In this document: one piece after another, positions 35,521 to 49,269 of the stretch
Numbering within the stretch: position 1 is the first letter of the stretch
Layout of the letters: each line of letters starts with the position of its first letter
NCBI RefSeq assembly: GCF_028641065.1
Contig: NC_073387.1
Location: 29,140,001 to 29,204,000, forward strand
Source of the DNA: Leucoraja erinacea
Taxonomy: Eukaryota
Direction of reading: 5' to 3'
DNA length: 64,000 nt
Notes under the pieces: generated by a model
Seen by the model: the letters and a program-made list of their open reading frames with translations, nothing else
Databases searched by the model: none
Told to the model about the DNA's origin: nothing
Position numbers and translations under genes: made by a program

Positions 35521-37117
35521 TGTTTTGACCACAAATAGCTATGATTCGTAGCTATTGATGGCTCCCTGTACTGCTTTATTTAAAAGAACAGTGAAAAAAA
35601 CAAAGGGGCCACAAGGAGAATTGCAAAAAGGAAAAAAAATTGGATCAACAATGTGACAATACAGATAATGCTAACAGGCACTATATTTACTATATGCTGC
35701 AGGATTGGCTTTTATTAAATATCTTTCTTAGATATTTTCTGTTCAAACTCTTGCTTTTTATCATTGTCCCATCTTTACGCAATCAAATTGATTGTGGATA
35801 TAAAGCTGTAATATCACCCTCCTGCCACTGATGTCGCTGGAACACATAAATTGTGCTTCCCAGCTCCTGAAAGAGAAAGATACAGTGGTTCAGCTATTTC
35901 CAACCGTTCCTGATATAATTGTTTGGTTATTTAACTGCAAATGGCATCAAAGTATTATAAATATACAAGCAAAATTTGTGGTTTTAAAATGGAAACTAAA
36001 TCATCTTGAGGAAAGTGGATTAAAGGGAGTATAATGAGGTGTATTAAATGGATAGAATGATGAAGGACCTGGCATCTTCCTATTTAGTCTGGGAGGGAAC
36101 AGATGGGAATTACGTCTGCACATTCTGCTCCAATTATTCTTTGCTCTATAACGCATTTCATGAGAAGACTGCCTGTATTTGGTCTTTCTAGCAATGCCAC
36201 GAGATCCCTGTTGTTTTGGATAAATGCACGGAACTAGGGTTTACGAATCATATTGTAATTGATAAGCACGTAAATAGTGCATTGTCATGAAGCTTAGTTC
36301 TTTAAACTTCTATAATTAAAAGTACAGTTTATTTGGGGCGTAGGAATATAGATATTGAGACATTTAAATTTGACATAATTTATAAAACGTTGTTGTCGTT
36401 GTTTTGGGCATTTGTGCAGCCAAACATAACACTCTCTGTGATTTTCTTTTCCCGTAAATTTGCCTCAAAGGGTAAAAAAGGGATTGCAGGTATGTATATC
36501 AGCATTAAATATCAGTGATAGACACAATAAACGGGAGTAACTCAGCAGGACAGGCAGCATCTCTGGAGAGAAAGAATGAGTGACGTTTCGGGTCAGACTG
36601 GTTAGGGATAAGGGAAACGAGAGACATTGATGTGGAGAGATAAAGAACAATGAATGAGAAATAGTAACTATGATATTGGAAATAGGCCATTATAAGCTGT
36701 TTGTAGGGTGAAAATGAAAAGTTAGTGCGATGTGGGTCAAATATGAGATGCTGTTCTTCTAATTTGCGTTTAGCCTCACTCTGCCAATGGAGGGGACCGA
36801 GGACAGAAGCAGGGCTCTCACTTAACGTTTTTACCAGTTGCCAGCCGGGCATCTTTGACAGCATTTTAGGTTGCCAAATGACAGTTTAGGTGGTCATTTA
36901 AGACGGTTTGCATGACGCGTGCGATAACGTGCGCGGACGAAGTGCTTAGTTATCAGTCGGAATTATGCTCAATGAAGCATTCACATACTATGTTCAAGAA
37001 GGAACTGCAGATGCTGGAAAATTGAAGGTAGACAAAAGTGCTGGAGAAACTCAGCGGGTGCAGCAGCATATATGGAGCGAAGGAAATGGGCAATGTTTCA
37101 GGCCTAAACCCATCAGT

Positions 37118-37145
37118 CTGAAGAAGGGTTTTGCCCTGAAACGTT
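37118..37145 (+). ncRNA. Minimal hammerhead ribozyme core
   Basis: CTGAAGA-AGGGT TTT GCCCT-GAAAC-GTT. Confidence 0.55.
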
Positions 37146-38543
37146 GCCTATTTCCTTCGCTCCATAGATGCTGCTACATCCGCTGAGTTTCTCCAGCACT
37201 TTTGTCTACATTCACATATTATTTCTGCTTCAAATAACTCACAAACTAAACATATTCACCGATCAAGACATGATATATACCACAATCACATGCAGCAAAA
37301 TTATAATACAATATCTCAACTCTTTTTACACATTGCAATTAATGCAATTCCTATTAGTTCTTTCCACTTCCAAACAAAAATTTGGTTGGATTGTTCAGCA
37401 TATAATCAACCTGTGTCAATAAATCCTGGACCATGGTAACATATATACTTAACCATGCACACTACAGATTGATGCAAGCATGTTTTCTGTGAAGGCCTGA
37501 AAATTACCATGACATGGTCATAGCATGGGTCGTTATTGCTATTGGCACAGAAACACTCTGGCTTCCCACATAATTTATCCATAACAAAATATACAGGTTG
37601 CAAGAAAATTTCTAAAGGCATTTTATGATAATATCTGTTAAAACCGACTATACCCATCTGACTGACATGACACTAACTGACGAGATGGCCAAAGGACATA
37701 ACTGCAGCAAATGCTCTTTTGGTAATATGTTTAAAGGTGTCAAAACGCCACATTACCGGGCATTCAGACTAGATGTACGTGTTTTGAACAGCAATGAAGA
37801 TACCCAGTTTGTACGCACCAGATTTAAAAAAAATTATTGAAGAATTAACGTTAAAAAATGTTTAAAGAATTAACGTTAAAATTTAAACTGAAATATCTCC
37901 TGATCAAATTTTAAATGTATATGACCGACTGTAGAAGTAAAACCTGGATAAATCCAACGTATAGTTAGGAATGTTGCTCTTAAATAACTACAGTACTGAT
38001 ACTCCATATTAAGAGCATTGATTTGCCGTTAAAATGAATTCTGTAATAACGTGTCAACGACAGCAGTGACAATCGAACACCGGTTTTAATGTTTCACGTG
38101 TTCACAATTGAATTAATCCATCTTTATGGACTAAAACAAATAACATTGGAAATTAAAACACATTTGATTGCATTCCGTTATCAAACATAGTCAATGTTCG
38201 CTCTGAAGACATTTCCAGCACAATAGGGTCAGGGGGTGTGTGAATCAGTGCGGGTGGATAGATGGCGGGGGTGGGGAGGTTGAGAAGGCAACGGTGCGGA
38301 ATGGGTGGATTGAGGTAGGTGAATTAGTACGTGTTGGTTGGAGTATGTAAAATTGTGAGGGGAGAGCACCGGGGATGCCAGTGGTGTTGAATGGGGGGAA
38401 TGGGGGGATTGGTACGGGGGGGGGGGGGGGGGGGGGTGATCAGTGCAGGATGAATGGGTTCAGCACAGGATGAATGGGGGTAGACAAAAATGCCGGAGAA
38501 ATTCAGCGGGTGAGGCAGCATCTATGGAGCAAAGGAAATAGGC

Positions 38544-38571
38544 AACGTTTCGGGTCGAGACCCTTCTTCAG
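38544..38571 (-). ncRNA. Minimal hammerhead ribozyme core
   Basis: Minus strand reads CTGAAGAAGGGTCTCGACCCGAAACGTT. Confidence 0.6.
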
Positions 38572-39229
38572 ACTGTTCCCCCCCATTCTTCTTGAACGGG
38601 GGGGGGGGTCAGTACAGGATGGATGGGTGGAATCAGCACAGGATGAATGGGGGGGGGGGGATCAGTACAGGATGGGGGGGGGGGGGGGGGGGGGGGAGTC
38701 AGGACAGTGTAGATCGGAGGGTCTGTGCAGGATGAATGGCAGATCACTACAGGATGAATGAGGGTGATTAGTAAAAGATGAATGAGGGGATTAGTATTGG
38801 ATGAATGAGAGGTTCAGTACAGGATGAAAGGTGGGGGTTCAGTAAAAGATGAATGGGGGGATCAGTACAGGATGAATGGAGGGTTCAGTACAGGATGAAT
38901 GGGAAGATCACTACAGGATGGATGGGGGATCGGTGCAGGGTAAATGGAGGGTGGATCAGTACGGGATGAATGGGAGGATCAGTGCAGTATGAATGTGGGG
39001 AGAAGTGCAGGATGGATGGGAAGGGGGGTCAGTACAGGATGAATTGGGGGACCGGTGTAGGATGGTTGGGGGGGTGGTAGGAGAATCAATGCAAGGTGGG
39101 TAGGGTGATGAATAGATTTAGGGGGGGAGCACAGGGGATGTCAGTGAGGACTGAATAGAGGCGGGAATTGGGATCAGTGCGGGATGGAGAGGAGGGGTCT
39201 CAGGATAAGGGGGGGAGGGGGGCGTATAT

Positions 39230-39264
<35 letters not shown>

Positions 39265-41481
39265 GAAGGGGCAGAAGAGGTGGGGAGGAAGGAAGGTCAG
39301 CGCTCCTCGGACAACATCGCCCCGCTGCCTTGTCCAACGCCAAGTGCTGTCGCCAAAGGAGGAGGCGGTTGGGATCTCCTCGCCACCGCCTCCCCTCCAA
39401 CAAGGTGTGGGGCTGAGTGGTGCAGCTCAAAGATCCTATAGATATAGGATCTTTGGTGCAGCTGCTTCAGAAGCTGACGGAGGAGGGGAGGCCTCCCCCT
39501 CCCTCCCTCCTCCCGGCCTCGGCGTGCAAGAGGGATTGTTTTGAAAGCGCCGTTGACGGATTTGCAAGCAGCGGCCGCTATCAGGGCGTGCGGGAGGAGG
39601 TGGTGGAGCCGCTTTCGCGGCAGCTGCTGCCGCTGTTCGGGGCCCGTCATTCGCTCCGACCCTTCGTCACCACGCACCTAGTATCTTTGCCCCGCAATAC
39701 AGCCGCCGCCGACACGAAACGTCACGTTCCTTTTCTCCAGAGATGCTGCTTGACCTGCTGACCAGGATGAGTTACTTCAGTTTTTTGTGTCTATCGGTAT
39801 AAACCAGTATCTGCAGTGCCATGATGGACAAAATGACTCGGGATTTAGGTTGCCCGGCGGCACTTTGGGTGGTCAATGGCACCCGGGCAACCGTTAATTT
39901 CAAGCCCTGAAAGGTCTGTAGGAATGGGAAGGAGAATTAAAGTGTCCAATAACCGGGAGATCCGGTTGGTTCAGGTGGGCTGAGAGAAGGTGTTCCGCGA
40001 AATGATCGCCCAGACTGCGTTTGGTCTTGATGTATGAGAGTCCACATCTTGAACCACGGATACAGTAGATGAGGATGGAGGAGGTATAACCTGAAAGAAC
40101 TGTCAGGGTCCCTGGACAGAGTCGAGGGAGGAGGTATGCGACTGCTGATGGGGTGGAAGGTAAGGACCAGGGGGACATTGTCTCTGTTGCGACTAAGAGG
40201 AGGAGCAAGGGCGGAACTGCGGGATATCAAGGAGACACGAGTGAGGGCCTCATCTATGATGGGAGAGAGGAACCCCCGTTCCCTAAAGAACGAGGACATC
40301 TCGGATGTTCTAGTTTGGAACACCTCATCTTGGGCGCAGATGCGGCGTAGACGGAGGAATTCGGAGTATGGGATAAAGTCTTTGCAGGAAGCAGGGTTGG
40401 AAGAAGTGTAGTCGAGATAGTTGTGGGATCAGTGGGTTTGTAATAGCGTCAGTCAATAGTCTATTTCCTGTGATGGAGACAGATCAAGAAAGGGAAGGGA
40501 GGTGTCGGAGATGGTCCAAGTAAATTTGAGTGCATGATGAAAATTGGTGGTGAAGTTGATGAAGTCCATGAGTTCTGCATAGGTGCAGTAGGTAGCACCG
40601 ATGCAGTCATCAGTGTAATGGAGATACAGTTTGGGGATAGGGCCAGTGTACACTTGGAACAGGGATTGTTCAACGTACCCTACAAAGAGGCAGGCATAGC
40701 TGGGGCCCATGCTGGGTGCCCATAGGTGCGCCTTAGACTTGGAGGAAGTGGGAGGAGTCAAAAGAGAAGTTGTTGAGGGCGACAACCAGGTTGAGAAGAG
40801 TGTTAGTAGTGGAAAATTAGATGGTTCTGCGGTTGTGGAAGAAACTGAGGGCTTTAAGGCCTTCCTGGTGGGGGATGGTGGTGTTGAGTGACTGAATGTC
40901 ACTGACTATCAGTGAGCTGTTTCTTCTTATTAAAACGTATTCTGGGAATTGTCAATGCTGCTTTGTATTGGAAGAGTATGATAGGATTGAGATCCGTAGG
41001 ATTGAGATCCGTGCACAATGGAGAGACAAGCCTGCAAATGCTGGAATTTGTGCTCCAATCAAAGTAGAATTGCGAATATCTTCTGTTCTCAATTCTTGGA
41101 GAGAACATTTGATATGAATGTAATTTTTGATTATTTCTTAAGCCCATTTTCACATGCAGGCACAAATCATTATTTCTGAAATCTACCGTGCAAATAATGT
41201 CAGTCCAGACATTGTTTCCCAGTAGCAGTTGGTGACACCTTGCTGTTTAGGTGTTACTCTATTCAATTTGCTTAGTAGGATGCTTTAGTTTCAGGCATTC
41301 AGGCTGAGAAAATGTGCCATTCTTTACAATTGTCAATTGCATTTGGCAGAGCAATATTTTCAAATGATGTGTGTCACTATTGTATCGCCAGCATCAAGGA
41401 GAGGGTCATTTATTTTTATTTCAGTACATTTTCCAGTGCATTTTGATTGCTAGCCCAGGGACACTGTTTTGACTATGTAGA

Positions 41482-41695
41482 CGAAATATGTAAGAAGGAA
41501 CTGCAGATGCTGGTTTAAACCAAAGATAGCAAAAAGCTGGAGTAACTCAGCGGGTCAGACAGTATCCCTGGAGAAAAGGAATAGGTGACGTTTTGGGATC
41601 GAGTCTGAAGAAGGGTCTCGACCCGAAACGTCACTATTCTTTTTCTCCAGAGATGCTGTTGACTTGCTGAGTTACTCCAGCTTTTTGTATATATC
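41482..41695. mobile_element. Palindromic Penelope-derived hammerhead cassette
   Basis: Inverted arms ~41525-41595 / ~41620-41693; same layout as 21323-21540. Confidence 0.8.
41602..41635 (+). ncRNA. Minimal type I hammerhead ribozyme, best-conserved copy
   Basis: AGT-CTGAAGA-A-GGGT CTCG ACCC-GAAAC-GTC^ACT: 3-bp stem I, stem II, palindromic ACGT in place of stem III; predicted cleavage after C41632. Confidence 0.65.
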
Positions 41696-41710
41696 ATTGA
41701 CTACGCAGAA

Positions 41711-44246
41711 GATAGACACAAAAAGGTGGAGTAACTCGGCGGGACAGGCAGCATCTCTGGAGAGAAGGAATGGGTGACGTTTAGGGTCAAGACCTTTCTT
41801 CAGACTGGTTAGGGATAAGGGAAACGAGATATAGACGCTGATGTGGAGAGATAAAGAAGAATGAATAAAAGATATGCAAAAAAAAAGTGACAATGATAAA
41901 AGAAACAGGCCATTGTTAGCTGTAGGGTGAAAATGAGAAGCTAGTGTGACTTGTGTGGGGGAGGGATAGAGAGAGAGAGGGATTACCAGGGCTTCCTGAA
42001 TTGGGAGAAATCAATATTCATACCACTGGGCTGCAAGCTACCCAAGTGAAATATGAGATGCTGTTCCTCCAATTTGCATTTAGCCTCACTCTGACAATGG
42101 AGGAGACCTAGGACAAAGGTATGTGTAGGGATGGGAAGGAGAATTAAAGTGTCCAGCAACCGGGAGATCAGGTGGTTCAGGCGGCCTGAGCGAAGGTGTT
42201 CCGCGAAACGATCACCCAGTCTACGTTTGGTCTTGCCGGTGTATGAGTCCATACCTTGAACAATGGATACAGTAGATGAGGTTGGAGGAGGTACAGGTGA
42301 ATCTCCGCCTAACCTGAAAGAACTGGCGGGGTCCCTGGACAGAGCCGAGGGAGGAGTTATAGCGGCAGGTGTTGCAGGGGAAGGTACCTGGGGAGGGGGT
42401 CGTTTGGGTGGGAAGAGATGTTAACCAGGGAGTTGCGGAGAGAATGGTCTCAGCGGAAAGGGGTGGAAATGGGAAAATGTGGCTAGTGGTGGGATCCCGT
42501 TGGAGATGGCGAAAATTTCAGAGGATTGTGTTTCCCTAAAGAATGAGGACATCATGGATGTCCTGGTATGGAACACGCATATTGGGCGCAGACGGAGGAA
42601 TTGGAACTCTAGAATCTTTGCAGGAAGCAAGGTGGGAAGATGTGTAGTCGAGATAGTTGTGGGAGTCAGTGTGTTTGTAATAGATGTCAGTCAATAGTCT
42701 ATTTCCTGTGCTGGAGGCAGATCAAAAAAAAGGGGAGGGGGGTGTCGGAGTTGGTCCAAGTAAATTTGAGTGCAGGATGAAAATTGGTGGTGAAGTTGAT
42801 GAAGTCCATGGATGCAGGAGGTAGCACAGATGCAGTCATCAGTGTCATGTAGATAGAGTTTGGGGATAGGCCAGTGTACACCTGGAACAGGGATTGTTCA
42901 ATGTACCCTACAAAGAAGCAGCATATCTGGGGCCCATGCGGGTACCCATAGCTGCGCCTTCAACTTGGAGGTAGTGGGAGGAGTCAAAGGAGAAGTTGTT
43001 GAGGGTGAGGACCAGCTCCGCTAGGCGCAGTAGAGTGTTAGTAGAGGGAAATTGGACGGTTCTGCGGTCGAGGAAGACATGGAGGGCAGTAAGGCCTTTC
43101 TGTTGGGGGATGGAGGTTTAGAGTGACTGAACATCCATAGTAAAAATGAGGGAGTGGGAGCTCGGAAAGCAGGTCATTGAAGTGATGAAGGGCAGGTGAG
43201 GTATCTTGGACATAGGTCGGGAGAGATTGTACCTTGGGGGATAGGATGGAGTCGAGGTACGTGGAAATCGTTTCCGTTGGACAGGAGCAGGCAGGAACAT
43301 TGGGCCTGCCAGGGCAGTTGTGTTTATGGATTTTGGGGAGAAGGTAAAACCGGGCTGGGAAACGATAAGGTTGGAGGCTGTGGAAGGCAGACAGCCAGAA
43401 GTGATTAAATCAGAAATGGTGTGTGAGACTAAGGCCTTGTGCTCGTCTGTGGGATCATAGTCCGATAAGTAGGAGGAGGTGTCTGGGAGGTTGTCGTGCC
43501 AGACTACCATGGCACTTCCCTTGTCGGCGGGTTTGATTATAATGTTGGGGTTGCTGCAGAGTGAGCGGAGGGCTGTATGTTCAGAGGGGGTGAGATTAGA
43601 GTATGTAAGGGGAGTGGAAACGTTGAGGCAGTTGATGTCACGCCAGCAGTTAGAAATAGAGGTCTAGAGAGGGCAGAAATACGTTCTGGGGAGTCCAATA
43701 GGAGAGGGACCGATGGAGACTGGAGAAGGGGTCATCATTGGGTAGTGAGGACCTCTTCCCATAGAAAAAGGCATGGAGGCGACGGAAGAAAAACTCTAGG
43801 TCATGGCGGACCCGGTACTCGTTGAGGTGGGGGCAGAGGGGAACGAAGGTGAGGCCTCTGCTGAGGACAGACCATTCCGTATCGGAAAGGGGGATGGTGA
43901 AGACACAACAAGGATTGGGGTCAGAGGGGAGCCGGGGAGTGGACAGAGGCTAAGGCAAGGTCTGGTGTGGGGGGGGGGTGATGGGTGTTCAGGGGGGGGG
44001 GGGGGGGGGGGTTCGGGGGGGGGGGGGGGGGGGGGGGTGGCGTGAGGACTATTGTATGGGTGGGGTGTGGTCGGGTAACCTGGTTAAAAGAGGGGGAAGG
44101 GGAAGACCCATCACAACTGAGGTTCCCTGTGGGAGCAGTAGGAACCAGCAGAGTCAGACCACGTGCTGCTGGAGTCTGCATCGTAGAGGCTGTGGGTTGC
44201 TGAGCCTGGAACGCGGGTGAGGCGGCAACTCCGGCCATGTCGGACT
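41711..44246 (-). mobile_element. Penelope-like retroelement, longest copy, degenerate
   Basis: YTGKTKRRLGDRFAEHLRS (GIY-YIG), RT remnants IFTMDVQSL and IIKPADKG region (~43510-43545); TSD ATTGACTAYGCAGAA at 41696-41710 / 44247-44261. Confidence 0.9.
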
Positions 44247-47200
44247 ATTGACTATGCAGAATTGCGTTTAACATGTTGCAGAAAAACATAGCTAGATCAC
44301 TTTGTTGCTATGTAGTTTTAGGTCTTTTGTTTTAAGAAAATGGCCACTTGTTACCTGCAGACAATTTATACATAAAGTTTTTTACTAATGTCCATAAATT
44401 GATTTTGTCAGTAAGTTTGAAATACACAAAAAATACTCTATGGTATATAGTAATGGAAGGTTTCAAAAGCACATGTCTAAGTAAGAAAAAATACTGAAAG
44501 TGGAAAGAGAGGAAACTAGTTCTGCCATTTGTAGGAATGAACTTATGTATGCCGAACTTTTGAATTTTAATATTGTGGGAGCTTACTCGTAAGTAGGGAT
44601 ATCCATAAGTCAGATGATTGTAACCCATGGGCGGCTTGCAATTGATGACAAATCTCAACACTGCTTGCATGGTAATATGGGAGAAACCTTTTCAACTTGG
44701 AGTGTATAGGGATCTGGAACATTTTGCCTGAAAGTGTGGCAGAGGCAAAAATCCCCATAACATAAAAATACTAGTTGAATGTATACTTAAAGTGCCATGA
44801 TCTGCATTCCTACAGACAGGTCTAGTGCCACGAGGTGAGGCTAAACAGGGAAGTTCTTTCTCGACTGGCATGGACACATTGGGTTCAATCGGCTTTTCAT
44901 CTAAGTTATACCCCTAATACATGCTGAAAACGTAAAGAATCAAACCCAGTTCCGACCACTTTAAAAAAAAAAAAAAAAAAAATCAGCCATTTACTCCTGT
45001 TGTTTTCTTCTGTTCTTAATTCACAGAATTTTAATTCCTCTTCTGTCCTTCCTTAATCATTAGTAATCTGAACTATCAGACCCTTTCCTGCAGTTCAAGA
45101 AATGCAAATGACAAAATTGGTGATTGAGTTTGGGGAAGTGTTTGTATAAAATTAATTGACATTATTGTTTTCATTTAGAAGTTGCACCAAAATCTGTTAT
45201 TTTATTTTGTAAATATGAAAGAATAAATTTAAGGGTTTTTATTTTTTTTGGTCAGTTACTTGCTTGATGGGCTATTAATTAGAACAATGAAAAAAAATAC
45301 CACAAAATTTCATTTGCTGTTTCGCTTTTCTGGGTAAATGGGATTTCATTAACATTCATGGTAAATGTCAGGTTTTGGACACTAACCTAGTTTCACACCA
45401 TAGATGGCTTGTGTCATGTTATCCATTCTGACTTCAGATGACAGGAAAAGTGCCTGAAGCAATTTTCATGGGTTGATGAGAGGGCATAACTTGAAATAAT
45501 GTAACAAGAAAAGTGTTTCACACTGACTGCATTCAGAGGAACGTAATGAATGTTTTATTAATGTAAATCAGAAAACTTGGATTATAGACTGTCCTGTGGA
45601 AAGTGTTGCAAAATGTTTTAGTTGTAATGTAATTTATTTAATTTACAAATAGCCTTATAAATGTTTGGCATTTATAGATATAGTAATGTAATGTTATGCA
45701 TTTGCATTTTTTTTTTCAAACTCCTTCCCTCACCAGCCTTGCTTTCTGAAGTCAGACCCTAATATTATCTAACCTCTGCTTCATAAAAACAGATGCAGAA
45801 ATTGAAGGCTATTTGCCCCAGGTTAACTCATTCAGAATGAGAATATATAGTCGATATTTTAAACTTTCAAGCTTATGCAGGCTAATTCTGTTATTGGGCA
45901 GCTGTTGCTTTTCAATGTAGTACACATCTGTACTAATTAGTTACAACTAAGATATTAGAAGTAATTAAAATCTGTAATAATCTGTAGCTAATTGACCTAC
46001 CATGCAATTTATGCAATCTCAGCCGACACCTTTTTGACTTTTAGAAATTGGGTTGCAGACAGTTCTTGTAAAGTTGACATGATGGGAGAGTATCTCTACT
46101 TAAAAATAACATTTCTACTTCTCCTGCTCAGAGATTGCGAGGAAGAGAGACAAGGGCAATTTCTGAGGTTTAGATTTTATTTTAGTTCAGCACTTCAAGC
46201 ACCCGTTTACACTAATTCCATTTTATTCACCCCACATTCCCATCAACTCTCTGCATATTCTACATACCAGTGGCATTTTACAATGGCCAATTAAGTTAAT
46301 TAAATGGTAATACTGTATCCCAGTGAATTATACTATTCTATAAATATAGATGTAGACCCTATGTAAATGGATTTGCAGTTTTTGGCTATAAAAATAAAAT
46401 CATGCTGGAAACTGGTAATCATACCAATCTCATACCAATATGTCATTATAAAAAATAAATAAATAAATACTGTGCAATACATTTGTTATTAAATTTGCTT
46501 TGCATTATCACTGGAAATGTTCCACTGCGTCATCAAATTACTTGTTAGTGATAGGTGGCTTTCTGGTTAAATCACTGGAAGATCACTCATGAGGCCTTTA
46601 GTTCCGGATATTCATGATGTCAAATGACACCAAGAGAGCTGGATCATACTGTTAATTTGAATAAATCATCTAATTTTAAATAATTTGTCGACGTTGTATC
46701 TATCAATTGTAGAAACACGCTGGTTCGTTTGTATCTGTTATCAATAGAAACCTGTCATCGGATCCATACCAATGAGGTTAACTCTTAACTTTGGAATAAT
46801 CTAGTAAACCACTGACCCTGAGTGCTGTTACGGATGGGCATTAAATATTAATCTTGTTGGTGTCATCCAAATAATGTGGCTAATTGAATAAATAAAGTAT
46901 CCAAATCTTTTATTAACCAGTCTTGGGTACTTTAGCCCAAACCAATTTGGAAATCTACCGACATGAGCATTTTTCACATGAGGAATTTCCCAAAATTGAC
47001 CTAATTCTGTCCCTTTTTAACAAAAATCAAACCATTGACATTTCCTATAAATGTTGCATTATACTGCTAAGAAGCATTCCTATAAAAACCAGAAAGTTCA
47101 ATTGCCAGTGGCTTTATCTTTTCAAATCTCATTTTGTTCTTTAAAAAAAAATGGCTGCAGCTCTTGTGAAATATCAAATCTGCATAAAATGTTGGTATTT

Positions 47201-47296
47201 TATTCAAACCTGTAGAATATTCGTGGTTTACAAATCAATTATTTTGTAACAAAATATCGAATTGGTATTTCAAACAATTTATTAATATATATACAT

Positions 47297-47420
47297 TTAA
47301 GAAAGAACTGCAGATGCCGGAAAAATCGAAGGTAGACAAAAATGCTGGAGAAACTCAGCGGGTGAGGCAGCATCTAAGGAGCGAAGGAATAGGTGACGTT
47401 TCGGGTCGAGACCCTTCAGA
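47297..47420 (-). mobile_element. Penelope-derived short repeat (single arm)
   Basis: Family consensus with a 3-nt deletion in the hammerhead core; TATATATACA repeated at 47286 and 47465. Confidence 0.8.
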
Positions 47421-48614
47421 ATTATTATTACTATATTATTATTAAATATATAATTCTTCAGAATTATATATACAAATATTTAACTAGTTAGTTAATGTAA
47501 AGGGTTGTGTTTTAATCTAATGCACAAAAATATAATTTTTGTAAAATCATTGATTTTGCCATGGGACATTTAATGGACTCAATGTAAATCTGTTTTTTGG
47601 GTCACTCCTGAGTTTATTTTAGGAGCAAGGAAAGCTCTTGGCTGTTCAGAACTTTTCAGTCCTAGTTTTAATCCGTTCTGAAACTCATAATTGTTGATTT
47701 CAGTACCAAATCTTTGTTTAGGCAAACCTGGTGTCAATCTTAAGTACATCCTATCACACAACTGGCAAGACCATGTTGAGCTCTATGCCTCACTATTTTT
47801 AATACTGTCTGAAAGTGCCTTGAAGGTGGATCCCATAAATTGTATTTGTATCATTAATAACAATAAAAAGGACTTTAGGAACCTCAGCTCCTCTCCAACT
47901 GCAAAGTAGGTGCTGTTAAATCATCTATAGTGCATCTGATACTTTCTCGTTAACTTTGCTTGATTATTGTTATCCATAAATATCCATCAGCCGTGCAAAT
48001 TAATTAATTTCTATCCCATTGCCTTGATATTCACGCATTTTTCATAAAACCCAGCACTTGCTTCAAACCCATCTGTACATGGATAATACACATTCAATTA
48101 CATTTGCATATGTACCATCATTCCACCCCCCTAGACAAAGACCCAAATTGAGCCAGAAACCATTGGAATGAGCACGATCCTGTTTGGCTCCAGGTCTGCC
48201 ATGACTCAGCACTGCATTTGAATCGAAAGGTTTTTGGAGCTGGACCACTATATGATAAAGGCAGATTGCCACCATAAAGGCAAGAATATTGTTGGCTGCA
48301 GCAGCACTGCAAGGGTGCAGCTTATCAGCAATCGATTGGTTGGAAATTGATTAGCTCAATAATTAACATACCACCTGTCTTCGCAGGCTCTCAATGTCAA
48401 GAAACATGGTGGCAGTTATTCCCATAATTGCTAATATGAGAATGGGACAGTTCAGCATAGCATGTACACTTCAAAGTAAATTGCACCAAAATACAGACAT
48501 CAGATATCTGCCTGAAATATTGGCCAAAAAAAACCAAATGTCTAGATAGTATACTGATTTGATAATTGGATAGTTAGTTGGTATTTCTTTTCGAGATTCA
48601 AGAGTAACTATTTA

Positions 48615-48860
48615 TAATAATAATAATAATAATAATTTTATTTATAGAGCACTTTAAAAACAAACATAGCTGCAACAAAGTGCTGTACATCACTAATCAT
48701 TGACAAAAAAGTTAATACACACCAAAAATAACAATCAAAAGGAATAGTAGGAAAAGAAGTAAAATAAAGAAACATCAAAAACACCACAAGCAGAAGCAAA
48801 GCCTCAGGCATGGTCAAAAGCCAGGGAGTACAAATGTGTTTTAACATGCATTGAAAATGA
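48615..48860 (-). mobile_element. L2-like LINE 3' end with (ATT)n tail
   Basis: (aat)n tttatttatagagcacttt...caaagtgctgtaca. Confidence 0.6.
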
Positions 48861-49269
48861 ACCAGAACAACAACAAATAAATATATAATGATTTTGTTAT
48901 TCTGAATAAACCAGCTCATAGTGGTACAAAAAAAAACAAAATACAGTACATGGAACAATCATCATTCTTGAACATAAAGTTCATAAAGTTTCAGTGGTGA
49001 GGTGGTTAAAGTTCTGATGGTTGAATAGAGGAAGATATTCTTGAACCTGGTGGTAACATTTCTTGGGCTACTTCACGGCTTCCCAAAGATAGCGACAAGA
49101 GAGCGTGGCCACAGTGGTATCAGGCTCTGATAATAATTTCCTGCTTGAGGCAGCAAATCCTATAGATTCCACTGCTGGTGGAGAGATCAACACCATTTGA
49201 TGGACCAGGCAATGTCCAGCATAGAAACAGGCCATCCATGCATAACAGGCCAGCAAGATAATCTCATGG

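Larger units (their letters stand above)
36810..39909. mobile_element. Composite non-autonomous TIR DNA transposon, copy 2
   Basis: CAGGGCTC...CAAGCCCTG; colinear with 21140-23898, including the nested hammerhead cassette (36992-37209) and minisatellite (~38380-39060); has an extra ~390-bp segment at ~37745-38130. Confidence 0.85.
36519..40906 (-). mobile_element. Penelope-like retroelement split by composite transposon copy 2
   Basis: GIY-YIG tail at 36740-36809 resumes at 39910; RT remnants MGPSYACLFVGYVE and LYLHYTDDCIG; TSD TATCAGTGA at 36510-36518 / 40907-40915. Confidence 0.88.
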
